64,000 bases of DNA from an uncultured Candidatus Saccharibacteria bacterium (lineage in GTDB: Bacteria; Patescibacteriota; Minisyncoccia; UBA6257; JAUSGH01): positions 120-64,119 of the forward strand of contig CAYJQG010000001.1 of the NCBI GenBank assembly GCA_964372325.1, in the 5' to 3' direction. The notes under the pieces are model-generated. The model was not told the DNA's origin. It worked only from the letters and a program-made list of their open reading frames with translations, and made no database searches. Made by a program: the position numbers and the translations under genes. This document shows positions 7,997-17,118 of the stretch, piece by piece (within the stretch, counting starts at the first letter, position 1; each line of letters starts with the position of its first letter).

Positions 7997-9295
7997 ATGC
8001 GGTTCATTATCCATGGGGGTAAAAAGCTTGAAGGGGAGATTACGCTTTCTGGCGCAAAAAATGCAGCAACAAAAATGTTGGTGGCAACACTCTTGACGAG
8101 CGAACCATGCACGCTAACGAACGTGCCCCTCATTGGCGATTTAGCAATAACAGTGGAGTTATGCAGGTTGCTCGGAAGCGTGGTCACAGAAAACGTAAAT
8201 GGCAAAGTAGAGATCCAAACTCCAGAAATAAAAAATACACACGTTACCTCACTGTCTCGTAAGAATCGAATCCCGATTTTAGCACTTGGGCCACTGTTGG
8301 CGCGTATGGGTGAGGCCGAGATCCCCTTTTTGGGGGGGGACAAGATCGGTGCACGTCCGGTGAACTTGCACTTGGGCGCACTCGTTGCGATGGGTGCAGA
8401 GATCGATGTTTTGAACGACCGATATGTTGCGCGTGCACCACACGGATTGAGGGGTGCAAACATTGTGTTGCAGTTTCCATCGGTTGGTGCGACGGAAAAT
8501 AGCATTCTTGCGGCGGTCTTGGCACGTGGTCGCACCGTAATTCGCAATGCCGCCAAAGAACCAGAAATTATTGCGTTGATTAAAATGCTCCAGAACATGG
8601 GTGCGATTGTTGAGCTCGGTGCGAACCGTACAATATACATCGATGGGGTAAAGTCATTGCACGGTGTAACTCACGTTGTATTACCCGATAGAAACGAAGC
8701 AGCGTCATTCGCGTGTCTCGCAGTTGCAACTGGTGGAAACGTATTCGTGAGCGGTGCAATACAAGAACACCTCATTACGTTTTTGAATGCCTTGCGGCGC
8801 ATCGGTGGTGGGTATGAAGTAGCGCCAGATGGTATAAGGTTTTTTGCGACTGGGCCACTGCGCGCCGCAGAAATTGAAACCGATACGCACCCGGGATTTA
8901 TGACCGATTGGCAGCAGCCGTTTGCGGTACTTTTAACGCAGGCAGAAGGCGCGTCATTGATTCACGAGACAATTTACGAAGATCGTTTTGGATATACCGA
9001 AGACTTACGCGCAATGGGCGCAGATATAAAAGTATTTACGAAGTGCCTGGGTGAATTACCATGTCGATTTGCCGAAAAGGGGTTTAACCATAGTGCAGTA
9101 ATCAATGGGCCTCATGCATTGCATGGCAAAGAATTATATGTGCGTGACCTGCGTTCGGGTATCGCGCATGTGATTGCTGCGCTCATCGCAAATGGAGAAT
9201 CGGTGATTCATGGCATCGAAGAAATCGATCGTGGCTATGAAAATATCGAAGAACGATTACAAAGTTTAGGGGCAGATATTGTTAGACGGGCATAG
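7997..9295 (+). CDS. murA: UDP-N-acetylglucosamine 1-carboxyvinyltransferase
   Basis: 432 aa. KLEGEITLSGAKNAATKMLVATLL and the inverse alpha/beta barrel repeats are typical MurA. Confidence 0.95.
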   Translation: MRFIIHGGKKLEGEITLSGAKNAATKMLVATLLTSEPCTLTNVPLIGDLAITVELCRLLGSVVTENVNGKVEIQTPEIKNTHVTSLSRKNRIPILALGPLLARMGEAEIPFLGGDKIGARPVNLHLGALVAMGAEIDVLNDRYVARAPHGLRGANIVLQFPSVGATENSILAAVLARGRTVIRNAAKEPEIIALIKMLQNMGAIVELGANRTIYIDGVKSLHGVTHVVLPDRNEAASFACLAVATGGNVFVSGAIQEHLITFLNALRRIGGGYEVAPDGIRFFATGPLRAAEIETDTHPGFMTDWQQPFAVLLTQAEGASLIHETIYEDRFGYTEDLRAMGADIKVFTKCLGELPCRFAEKGFNHSAVINGPHALHGKELYVRDLRSGIAHVIAALIANGESVIHGIEEIDRGYENIEERLQSLGADIVRRA

Positions 9296-9320
9296 CGAGA
9301 TAGAGTAAGATTCATGCCAT

Positions 9321-9490
9321 GCTACGAAATACGCAGCTACGAAATACGAAATCTTTAAGCCTGCCTATCGGCAGACATGCCTGCCTGCCGGCAGGCAGGA
9401 ATATACGAAACTAAACTTTTTTCGTTCTCGTATATTCGTATATTTTCGTATTTCGTAGCCGCGTATTTCGTAGCTGCGTATTGAGTAGCC
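9321..9490. repeat. family A palindromic repeat with tandem nested GC palindromes
   Basis: gctacgaaatacgcagctacgaaatacgaaa ... cgtatttcgtagccgcgtatttcgtagc. Between murA and mreB. Confidence 0.8.
9360..9399. repeat. tandem GC palindromes
   Basis: cctgcctatcggcagacatg + cctgcctgccggcaggcagg inside a family A element. Confidence 0.8.
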
Positions 9491-9522
9491 TATTTTGTTT
9501 TTTTCATGTTTAATTTAACAAT

Positions 9523-10533
9523 ATGTTTACTCGAAAGATCGGAATTGATCTCGGTACGGTAAATACCATCGTATTTGTCCCCGGCAAAGGCTTCATCATC
9601 AACGAGCCCACCATCGTGAGCTTAAGCGTGCCCGATAATACGGTGCTCGCAGTGGGGCGTGAAGCGAAAGATATGTTAGGTAGAGCGCCGGCCGATATTA
9701 TTGCATACCGGCCATTAAAAGACGGCGTGATTGCTGATTATTATATTACCCGCGCAATGTTGAAATATTTCATCGCGAAAGCTTGTGGACCGTTTAATAT
9801 CATAAGACCCGAATTGGTTATTTCGGTTCCTGCGGGGATTACAACAACAGAGCGCAGAGCGGTCGTGAATGCCGCAAAAGAAGCTGGTGCGAAAGAAGCA
9901 TATATTGTGCGTGAGCCAATTCTCGCAGCACTGGGCGCTGGTATCCCTATTAACCACCATTCTGGTAATCTGATCATTAATATCGGCGGGGGGACTTCAG
10001 AGGTTGCGGTGGTGGCACTCGGAAACATTGTTTCGTGGGCAAGTTTGCGTGTGGCGGGGAATAAATTCGACCAAGCGATCACCGACTATATTAAGAAAAA
10101 ATATTCATTGGCTATCGGAGAACAAACTGCAGAAAATTTAAAAATCGCAATTGGGGCAGCGCTCCCATCGAAAGAAAAGCTCGAGCATCAGGTGCGTGGT
10201 CGCGATTTAGTGTATGGTCTGCCACGCGATATTACGGTGAATTCGAACGAAATTGCAGAGAGTTTGAACCCGCACCTTATAGAGATTGCAACTGCAGTAC
10301 AGAATGTTTTTAATACCACGCCGCCCGAGCTTGTCGCAGATATTATGGAGAAAGGAATTATTGTTTCAGGTGGCGGTGCGCACTTACGGTTTATTGATGA
10401 GTTTTTTAAACGTATGACAGGGGTTGAGACATATATTGCAGAGGAGCCGCTATTTTGCGTAGCAAAGGGCGCGGGGTTGGTGTTGAATCATTTAGATGTT
10501 TATAAAAGACTCCTCCTTAATAAGCGATTTTAA
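9523..10533 (+). CDS. mreB: rod shape-determining protein MreB (paralog 1)
   Basis: 336 aa. Actin-fold ATPase motifs IGIDLGTVNT, GGGTSEVAV, GGGA. Confidence 0.9.
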   Translation: MFTRKIGIDLGTVNTIVFVPGKGFIINEPTIVSLSVPDNTVLAVGREAKDMLGRAPADIIAYRPLKDGVIADYYITRAMLKYFIAKACGPFNIIRPELVISVPAGITTTERRAVVNAAKEAGAKEAYIVREPILAALGAGIPINHHSGNLIINIGGGTSEVAVVALGNIVSWASLRVAGNKFDQAITDYIKKKYSLAIGEQTAENLKIAIGAALPSKEKLEHQVRGRDLVYGLPRDITVNSNEIAESLNPHLIEIATAVQNVFNTTPPELVADIMEKGIIVSGGGAHLRFIDEFFKRMTGVETYIAEEPLFCVAKGAGLVLNHLDVYKRLLLNKRF

Positions 10534-11200
10534 AAAATTATTAGCGCGTGGCCGCCTCGGTCACGCGTATCTTTTTTGGGGTGACAGTAACGCGATTGAA
10601 AAATTTGGTGAACAAATTTTGGCGCTAACTGACCAAGGGCAAAAAATATACATCGACGGAAAAATTGTAGGAGTCGAGGGGAAAACCATCGGTATCGACG
10701 AAGTGCGGGAGATCATCCAATTTTTATATAGTAAGCCGCTTCGCGCATCGCACAAAACGGTATTAATTAATCAGGCTGATCGGCTTTCGCTTGAGGCGCA
10801 AAATGCATTATTGAAAATCTTGGAGGAGCCTCCAGGGCATGCGTTGATTATAATGAGTGTGCGAGATAAGGGTGTGCTTATCGAGGCATTACTATCGCGT
10901 ATGCAATGTATGTATATGCCATACAACGATGAAGCGCCGAGTGCGGAGTATATGAATATTGCAGCGCGTTTATTGCGCGGTGGCCCCGCCGAACGCAAAG
11001 CAGCGATCGCCAAATTAATCGAAGACGAAATTGCACTTGAATCGGTGGTGCATGCATTACTCGTCGAGTACAGAAAAGATCCGGTAAAAAATAATGCATT
11101 AATGAAAAGTATCACTATGCGATGGGCAAAAATGTCGCAATATAATACGAATAAAAAGCTGCAGCTCGAAGCGATGTTCATCGAGCCAAACAGGGGTTAA
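10496..11200 (+). CDS. holB: DNA polymerase III delta-prime subunit-like (HolB); start uncertain, overlaps the mreB 3' end
   Basis: GRLGHAYLFWGD, VREIIQFLYSKPLRASHKTVLINQADRLSLEAQNALLKILEEPPGHALIIM is the delta-prime/clamp-loader box. Stop TAA lies inside the terminus of a MITE-C copy. Confidence 0.75.
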   Translation: MFIKDSSLISDFKKLLARGRLGHAYLFWGDSNAIEKFGEQILALTDQGQKIYIDGKIVGVEGKTIGIDEVREIIQFLYSKPLRASHKTVLINQADRLSLEAQNALLKILEEPPGHALIIMSVRDKGVLIEALLSRMQCMYMPYNDEAPSAEYMNIAARLLRGGPAERKAAIAKLIEDEIALESVVHALLVEYRKDPVKNNALMKSITMRWAKMSQYNTNKKLQLEAMFIEPNRG

Positions 11201-11337
11201 CCACTAACGAAAAAATCCCAAACTCCAAGCACCAAATAACAAATAAACTCCAATTTTCGAAATTCGAATTTATACATTGAATATTATTTGGAATTTGGTA
11301 TTTGAGATTTGGTGCTTATGTCTTTAGTGGCTAGTGG
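11199..11337. mobile_element. family C MITE-like element
   Basis: taaccactaacgaaaaaatcccaaactccaagcaccaaataacaaataaactccaa ... tttagtggctag. Supplies the holB stop codon. Confidence 0.8.
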
Positions 11338-11528
11338 CTAGACTGCTATTGGCTTTTTTACGGGTATCTGTTATATTCTGTGGTAGCTCATTGCAAGGGA
11401 GCATATTACATGGACCCGGTGTTGTTCGCAGTTGGTACGCTCGGTTTTTGGATGCTATGGTAGTGGTTGCGCGTCGTAAAAAAGAAATCGATGAAGCACG
11501 CGCAAAGCAAAATGAGGGAGGGTAGCTC

Positions 11529-11999
11529 TTGGGGTTCCTAAAGCAGTTCCAAAGGGAGGCGATAGAAAAATTTGTCAAACATCGCGACGAGGAAGGGTAT
11601 AGCATTGATGGTAATTTTGGACATAGCATAAATTTTTGGTGTGTGTCAGCAGACGATGATGGACATGGACACGAAAGGGAGTTGCTTTGCCCAGTGGGTG
11701 TGAGTGTTGGTGAGGGGACATGCGCTGCAGTGAAGGGTATGTCGGTAGCGGGGTTTGTGTTGGCGAATGAACTGGGGAAAGACCATGAAAGCGAGAAGCC
11801 GCTGGTTACTAATTGCGCCTACGCAGTATTGATCCGTGACCCGACCGATGTCGAAAAGATTCGCGATGGTTTTGAGGGGAGAGGTGGAGAGATACGTTGT
11901 GTCGAGCTACTGAGGGTGGTGAAGGTTTCTAGTGGAGGAAATAGTTCGAGAGTCCTTAAGCGTACTAACCAGAGTGCATGTTACGTAGGGTTGGTGTAA
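11529..11999 (+). CDS. hypothetical protein (doubtful; the region may be non-coding)
   Basis: 156-aa ORF in a strongly G-rich, C-poor stretch (11.34-12.0 kb). No recognisable family. Confidence 0.25.
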   Translation: MGFLKQFQREAIEKFVKHRDEEGYSIDGNFGHSINFWCVSADDDGHGHERELLCPVGVSVGEGTCAAVKGMSVAGFVLANELGKDHESEKPLVTNCAYAVLIRDPTDVEKIRDGFEGRGGEIRCVELLRVVKVSSGGNSSRVLKRTNQSACYVGLV

Positions 12000-12008
12000 A
12001 GTGCAATA

Positions 12009-12083
12009 GACCTGCCTATCGGCAGGCAGGCTCAAAATTCATGAAAAATAGTTCAAAAGCTTATTCGTGGAGCCGAGTCTAAT
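12009..12083. mobile_element. family D MITE-like element, right half only
   Basis: ...cctgcctatcggcaggcaggctcaaaattcatgaaaaatagttcaaaagcttattcgtggagccgagtcta. Confidence 0.55.
12011..12030. repeat. GC palindrome copy (TATCGG variant)
   Basis: cctgcctatcggcaggcagg. Confidence 0.75.
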
Positions 12084-12100
12084 TATTTTTTAAAGTTAAA

Positions 12101-12124
12101 GTTCAGCAATCGCTGAACTTTTTT
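12101..12124 (+). terminator. intrinsic terminator
   Basis: gttcagc-aatc-gctgaac-tttttt. Confidence 0.75.
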
Positions 12125-12268
12125 GCATACACAAACATTGTTTCTCGAAAACAGAATAATTTTGTTGCGACAAAATTTTCTTCTACCTCAGCCCCGCCCC
12201 CATTGTATGATAAAATGACGTGGCGGGGCTAAAGGGCATGTTTCTCGAAACAATGTTTGCGTATGCAA
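12124..12268. mobile_element. family F palindromic element inside a unique perfect inverted flank
   Basis: Conserved core gtttctcgaaaacagaataattttgttgcgacaaaattttcttctacctcagccccgccc-loop-gggcggggctaaagggcatgtttctcgaaa. Copy-specific outer arms ttgcatacacaaacatt / aatgtttgcgtatgcaa. Confidence 0.8.
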
Positions 12269-12399
12269 AAAAGTAGTATACAAATAAACTCTGCCGAAAC
12301 TTATATAGGTGGGACGGAAGTTTATATAAAGAATAGCAATCGTTGAGACATCGCCACGAGACATGTATTTTTGCGAACATCTATCGAGTTGCTTATAAA

Positions 12400-12545
12400 T
12401 CAACGAACGTAACGATAATTTTTTGATAATACATTCAATGGTCGGAAAATCCCGAAGGGAGGAACGGGAACCGTTGAATGTATATCAAAAAATAGAGTGG
12501 AGTGAGTATGATTTATAGCGATGAGATAGCGTTTGCTAAAATACA
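12400..12545. repeat. family G element, partial copy without intact TIRs
   Basis: Shares caatggtcggaaaatcccgaagggaggaacgggaaccgttgaatg...atcaaaaaatag...gtgagtatgatttatag with the 53526-53732 element. In the metK upstream region. Confidence 0.6.
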
Positions 12546-12624
12546 TGTCTCGGGCAACTTGCCATGCGTGAATTATTTAATTAAGATAAGAGAATTATTT
12601 CTTGCCCCAAAAACATAAAATCTT

Positions 12625-13803
12625 ATGTTAAACATTACTGGTAAGCAACTTATTACATCAGAGTCAGTGACCGAGGGTCACCCCGACAAAATGGCCGACC
12701 AAATCTCGGACGGAATTTTAGATGCAGTGTTGCGGCAAGACCCCTATGGCCGTGTAGCAGTTGAAACGCTTTTGACGCGGGGGTTGGTTGTTATTGCGGG
12801 AGAGGTAACGACAAGTGCAATAGTTGATGCCGCAGATATTGCACGGAAAATTATTAATGAAATTGGTTATACCGATGCGAAATGGGGTTGCGATGGCGAG
12901 ACGGTGGGGATACAGGTATCGATGCAAAAACAATCGGGAGATATCGCGATGGGGGTAAGCGAGTACAAGTCCGAAAAACCAGAAACGGTTGGTGCTGGCG
13001 ACCAGGGTATTATGTATGGGTATGCAACCGACGAGACCGAAGAGTGCATGCCACTCCCGTTGGTGCTCGCACATCGGTTAACAAAGCGTTTAGCTGAAGT
13101 GCGTAAAAGGGGAATATTGAAGTATTTGCGTCCAGACGGCAAAGCGCAGATCACTGTGGAGTATTGCGACGGTAAACCTATGCGCGTGCACACCGTATTA
13201 GTTTCGACACAGCACGCACCGGAAATAAAGCAAGAACAAATAGTGGCGGATGTAAAAAAGCACGTCATGCTTGCAGTGATCCCCAAAAAATTACTCGATA
13301 GTCAAACAAAATTTTTAATTAATCCCACGGGGCGGTTCGTTATTGGTGGCCCTCAAGGAGACACCGGGCTAACGGGAAGAAAAATTATTGTCGATTCATA
13401 TGGCGGTATTGGTTCGCATGGTGGCGGTGCATTTTCCGGGAAAGACCCAACGAAAGTTGACCGTTCGGGCGCCTATGCGGCACGGTGGGTCGCAAAAAAT
13501 ATTATTGCAGCAAAGCTCGCGAAACAAGTTGAGGTGCAAATCGCCTATGCGATTGGCGTGCCCGAGCCATTAGCGGTAAATATTAATAGTTTTGGAACGG
13601 GTAAGGTCGGGGACGAGAAGATTGCGAAAGCAGTTGCGAAAGTATTTGACCTTCGACCAGGAATGATTATTAAAGAATTAAATCTTCGTCGCCCAATATA
13701 CCGTCAAGTTGCATCGTATGGGCATTTTGGCCGAACAGATTTACAGTTGCCGTGGGAAGAAACAAATAAGGTGAAGGAATTGAAGCAAGCGATAGAGAAA
13801 TAG
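12625..13803 (+). CDS. metK: S-adenosylmethionine synthetase
   Basis: 392 aa. [52 protein letters not shown] are canonical MetK motifs. Confidence 0.95.
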   Translation: MLNITGKQLITSESVTEGHPDKMADQISDGILDAVLRQDPYGRVAVETLLTRGLVVIAGEVTTSAIVDAADIARKIINEIGYTDAKWGCDGETVGIQVSMQKQSGDIAMGVSEYKSEKPETVGAGDQGIMYGYATDETEECMPLPLVLAHRLTKRLAEVRKRGILKYLRPDGKAQITVEYCDGKPMRVHTVLVSTQHAPEIKQEQIVADVKKHVMLAVIPKKLLDSQTKFLINPTGRFVIGGPQGDTGLTGRKIIVDSYGGIGSHGGGAFSGKDPTKVDRSGAYAARWVAKNIIAAKLAKQVEVQIAYAIGVPEPLAVNINSFGTGKVGDEKIAKAVAKVFDLRPGMIIKELNLRRPIYRQVASYGHFGRTDLQLPWEETNKVKELKQAIEK

Positions 13804-13809
13804 CGTAAT

Positions 13810-13955
13810 TTTCCCCGAACGGATATCGTTTCTCAAAAACAGAATGATTTTATTTCGATAAAATCTTCTTCTACCTCGGCTCCGCCTTATTAAAAATATA
13901 GTAATGACGGGCGGGGCCAAAGGGCATGTTTTTCGAAATGATATCCGTTCGGGGA
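13810..13955. mobile_element. family F palindromic element inside a unique perfect inverted flank
   Basis: Same core as the 12124-12268 copy. Outer arms tccccgaacggatatc / gatatccgttcgggga. Immediately downstream of metK. Confidence 0.8.
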
Positions 13956-14035
13956 TATTGATTACACTATGTATGTTGTATCGGCAAAGCTTGCAAGTGA
14001 GGTGGGGGGATGATAGGGTATGATGGATCTTTGAA

Positions 14036-15112
14036 ATGCAGGAGAGAAAAATGCAGCGAGTTCCAGAAATGCCGTTTTTTATGCGGTGGTATGTGAAAAC
14101 ATTGCCATGGCCTGGTACGGGGCCGATGATCCCGGTCTGGCTTGACCGGGTTGAACATTTGCTACCGAAGCGGTGGATTGACTGGGTGTTAGAAAATGAA
14201 AATCATTCAAGGGCAGCAAGAGTCATTGGTTATATCTGGATGTTTGTGTACATGGGTTGGAGGTATACTTCAATTGGTTTATTTATGGCATGGCATGGTT
14301 TTTGCCTTGGCCTCGAACGCATTGGTTTAGGCTGGTTGTGGCAACACTCGAAATTTAAATTTCATGGGCAGACGGTACGTCGTCCGAAAGAATTTCGTAG
14401 CCGCATTGAGAGAGATGAATTTGATTTCATTGGGAGTATACTCGTAGATCCGTGGTCGCCAAATATTTTAGACCACAGTCTTTACGAAGATCGTCGTGGG
14501 GCGCCACTATCGGGGACCGAAGGAAAGACGAGGCGAAAAATACTAGAATATTTTTTGAATACCGGAGTGCTTATTGAGCGTTTTGCATTGGCAATGCCAT
14601 TTTTTGATCCACATAGCGAAGATGATGTTATATATGGAGGTGCTCAAAAATATTGGGTTGATTGGGACGAAAACGGCGATCCATTGGAGGGGCGTGGCAC
14701 GTGGGATGATCGGTGGAGTGACGAAGATACCGTAGATCTCAAAAAATACTCAGTGAATTTTTTAACCGTTGAACAGAAACAGGCATTGGTTGGGAGGTTG
14801 TATGCAAAGCGTAAGCTATTTTGGGATTTGGGGCCGCTGGATCCAAACGATGAACGTGATCGAGGAATTCTTGAACAATTTGAGCGGCGAAGAAAGGTAC
14901 CAAAATACGTCATTCAATCAGACGATTTCATGCGCATTTTGTATCGCCCGCGAGCGGTGCTCACCGAGCAATCGAGAGCAAAATATCGAGCATTGTGCGA
15001 AGTGCAAAAACGTAAGAAAGCAGAGGAACGCGCCGCAGAAGAGCGAAACATGAAAGAGTTGGAAGAAGGGGTTGAACGAGAAGCCGCAGAAAAAAATAAC
15101 GAGCCCAAGTAG
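14036..15112 (+). CDS. hypothetical Trp-rich protein with C-terminal Lys/Glu-rich coiled-coil
   Basis: 358-aa ORF with no recognisable family. One predicted hydrophobic segment. Start at MQERKM or MQRVPEM. Confidence 0.5.
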   Translation: MQERKMQRVPEMPFFMRWYVKTLPWPGTGPMIPVWLDRVEHLLPKRWIDWVLENENHSRAARVIGYIWMFVYMGWRYTSIGLFMAWHGFCLGLERIGLGWLWQHSKFKFHGQTVRRPKEFRSRIERDEFDFIGSILVDPWSPNILDHSLYEDRRGAPLSGTEGKTRRKILEYFLNTGVLIERFALAMPFFDPHSEDDVIYGGAQKYWVDWDENGDPLEGRGTWDDRWSDEDTVDLKKYSVNFLTVEQKQALVGRLYAKRKLFWDLGPLDPNDERDRGILEQFERRRKVPKYVIQSDDFMRILYRPRAVLTEQSRAKYRALCEVQKRKKAEERAAEERNMKELEEGVEREAAEKNNEPK

Positions 15113-15123
15113 GGCTCGATTTT

Positions 15124-15444
15124 TTACGAATGTTGGCTATCGGGTTTTGCCCATGCGCGAAGCTCGATCTCGTCTTCGTCAACTCGAAGGAGTACTCCAC
15201 AGTCGGGACAGGGGAATCGAAATTGGTATCCCTCAACTTCACCGTGCGCATCAGAGATAATTCCGTGCTCAATACTTGGTGCCCCGGAAGTACAGTAAAG
15301 GAGAAAGTTGCATTTACAGGCACCACATTGAACGGTGGTGTATTGCGTCATGCGCTCTAGGCTTTCGGCATAACCCTTGCGAAGAATGGTATCCATCTCT
15401 CTTAGGGCTAGCACCTTCTTCACATCTGAGCTCTTCGTAGCCAC
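15124..15444 (-). CDS. hypothetical zinc-ribbon protein
   Basis: 106 aa. CGACKC...CPDCG four-Cys motif. Convergent with the preceding gene. Confidence 0.45.
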   Translation of the reverse strand: MATKSSDVKKVLALREMDTILRKGYAESLERMTQYTTVQCGACKCNFLLYCTSGAPSIEHGIISDAHGEVEGYQFRFPCPDCGVLLRVDEDEIELRAWAKPDSQHS

Positions 15445-15520
15445 TCTCTTTTCTCCTCATCGTTGCAGCCCAGAGTTCAATGATAGCAATAAATAAGATT
15501 AGGTCAATCGCCAGTCTTAG

Positions 15521-15641
15521 TAGCTACGAAATACGAAAAAATACGAATATACGAAAAACGATACCGCCGATTCGTATATTCCTGCCTATCGGCAGGCAGG
15601 CCGGTCTGCCGATAGGCAGGCGTAAAAATTTCGTATTTCGC
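15521..15641. repeat. family A palindromic repeat with nested GC palindromes
   Basis: ctacgaaatacgaaaaaatacgaatatacgaaaa ... tttcgtatttcgcagc. Confidence 0.7.
15581..15622. repeat. tandem GC palindromes
   Basis: cctgcctatcggcaggcagg + ccggtctgccgataggcagg. Confidence 0.75.
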
Positions 15642-15647
15642 AGCCGC

Positions 15648-16103
15648 CTAAAACCACCCCAACAAGAAATCTTCCAGTACATGTGAAATGGCTGAAACCG
15701 CAAGGCCTAGTGTGAGTGCCATACGTCGCATTCGCGCCTCATCAATTGCACGGTTGCCACATAAGAGTACAATAAAGAATCCAATACAGTAAAAGAAAAT
15801 GATAGTTGCGATGGCAAACCAAGCGGGATGCAGCACGCGTCCATTGGGGTGGCCCCATAACCTTGTCCAATGGTCGGTGATGTCAACTAAATTATTGATG
15901 AGCCCACCATAGAACGCCCAAAGGAATAATGAGTAATCGCCGGTTTTAAACAATTGAATCCCGCGGATGTTCAAGACCATTGCGACAAGCATGAGCGTTA
16001 TCAGTGTAACCCAAGTGCCCATAGCGTTATGAGAAAGTACAGCTTTAACCGCCCATTCTAAATCAATCTTCGGTGGGTTCCACGTAGGCAACCAGTCAAA
16101 CAT
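15648..16103 (-). CDS. integral membrane protein (possible DUF457-like metal-dependent hydrolase)
   Basis: 151 aa. Several TM helices and conserved His/Asp residues. Weak family call. Confidence 0.45.
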   Translation of the reverse strand: MFDWLPTWNPPKIDLEWAVKAVLSHNAMGTWVTLITLMLVAMVLNIRGIQLFKTGDYSLFLWAFYGGLINNLVDITDHWTRLWGHPNGRVLHPAWFAIATIIFFYCIGFFIVLLCGNRAIDEARMRRMALTLGLAVSAISHVLEDFLLGWF

Positions 16104-16184
16104 GGGCTAAGCCCCCCTTGTTCAAGGAACTATGTATAGGATAGCATGTGTAATGAAAAATAAGATTGAAAAATATGAATATTC

Positions 16185-16340
16185 AATTTCTAATACCTAA
16201 TTACTAATTTCTAATACAATGACTAATAACTAAATTTTTAATTCCTAATAAAAAATAAAAATATTTAGTTTCAAGTTTTTAGTCATTAGACATTATATTG
16301 TTTTATTAGAAATTAGGTATTAGGAATTAGAAATTTCCCC
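16185..16340. repeat. family B palindromic repeat
   Basis: Shares agtcattagacattatattgttttattagaaat with the other two family B copies. Upstream of frr. Confidence 0.75.
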
Positions 16341-16375
16341 CTTCATATGAATTTGATATTTGATATTTGGTCTGT

Positions 16376-16936
16376 ATGATGAAAGATATGTTCGATCTTA
16401 AAGAATTCGAGTTAAAATTAAAACAGATACTCGACCATGCAAAGGGCGAGCTTGCCTCGGTGCGAGCCAATAGGCCGTCGCCACAGTTAGTGGAAGATAT
16501 TATGGTCGAGTATATGGGAAGCACTTTGGCGGTTAAACAACTCGCTACAATTAATGTGACGGGCCCAAGAGAAATACAAATTCACCCATGGGACAAAGAA
16601 TCGGCAATAGCGATCGGCAAAGCCATTGAAACAAGGAACTCGGGTCTTAGCGTAACAGTGCAGGGCGCCATGATTCGCTTAACGCTTCCCATGTTGAGCG
16701 ACGAACGTAGGGTGGAGCTCACGAAAATTGTAAAGCAAATGGTTGAGCGGAGTAAAATTGCCATACGCGATGTGCGCGACAGTGCCAATAAAACCATCGA
16801 TCGATTGGTAAAAGAAAAAGCGCTGACAAAAGACGATCAATTTAGTCTAAAAAGAAAAGTGCAAGACGCCGTAGATAGGGCAAATCGAGAACTTGAATCG
16901 CAGTTAGCGATGAAGACGAAAGAAGTTGGAGAATAG
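16376..16936 (+). CDS. frr: ribosome recycling factor
   Basis: ELASVRANRPSPQLVEDIMVEYMGSTLAVKQLA...LTLPMLSDERRVELTKIVKQ matches RRF. Start ATG 16376 or 16379; the ORF-track TTG 16367 is less likely. Confidence 0.9.
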   Translation: MMKDMFDLKEFELKLKQILDHAKGELASVRANRPSPQLVEDIMVEYMGSTLAVKQLATINVTGPREIQIHPWDKESAIAIGKAIETRNSGLSVTVQGAMIRLTLPMLSDERRVELTKIVKQMVERSKIAIRDVRDSANKTIDRLVKEKALTKDDQFSLKRKVQDAVDRANRELESQLAMKTKEVGE

Positions 16937-16984
16937 TGACTTTGCTGCGTCGGCAATCGTAGATTGCGTCATAGCGCAAGGCGC

Positions 16985-17030
16985 CTTGAGGAGGTGTACC
17001 CGCAGTGGTACTCCGACGAAAGGCAACGCA
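16985..17030 (-). repeat. conserved hairpin motif, copy 2 (minus orientation)
   Basis: Reverse complement reads tttcgtcggagtaccactgcgggtacacctcctcaaggcgcc. Between frr and rseP. Confidence 0.55.
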
Positions 17031-17118
17031 GCGATATGGCGCAAGATACGATTGCATGTACATTGCTTTGACAACAGCTTCGTATTAGCAGTACTATCGT
17101 GTTAGCATCTTAATATAT

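Noticed and set aside
8244-8525. Antisense ORFs inside murA, mreB, mrdA, dnaG, the dikinase, the 54460 gene and pnp (e.g. 9741-10082, 19544-20311, 47093-47701, 54444-55199, 60272-60760)
   Set aside because: Shadow ORFs opposite strongly supported genes. Compositions are typical of antisense reading (Ser/Arg/Pro-rich).
11334-11525. 63-aa ORF 11334-11525 downstream of the family C MITE
   Set aside because: Starts inside the MITE terminus. No family signal. Lies in the G-rich region of doubtful coding status.
12280-12624. SAM riboswitch upstream of metK
   Set aside because: The leader was inspected. It contains the family G hairpin element but none of the conserved SAM-I/II/III motifs I can recall. 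Not callable without a covariance model.
15130-15360. 76-aa plus-strand ORF overlapping the minus-strand zinc-ribbon gene
   Set aside because: The opposite-strand ORF has the structured Cys4 motif. The plus-strand product is featureless.
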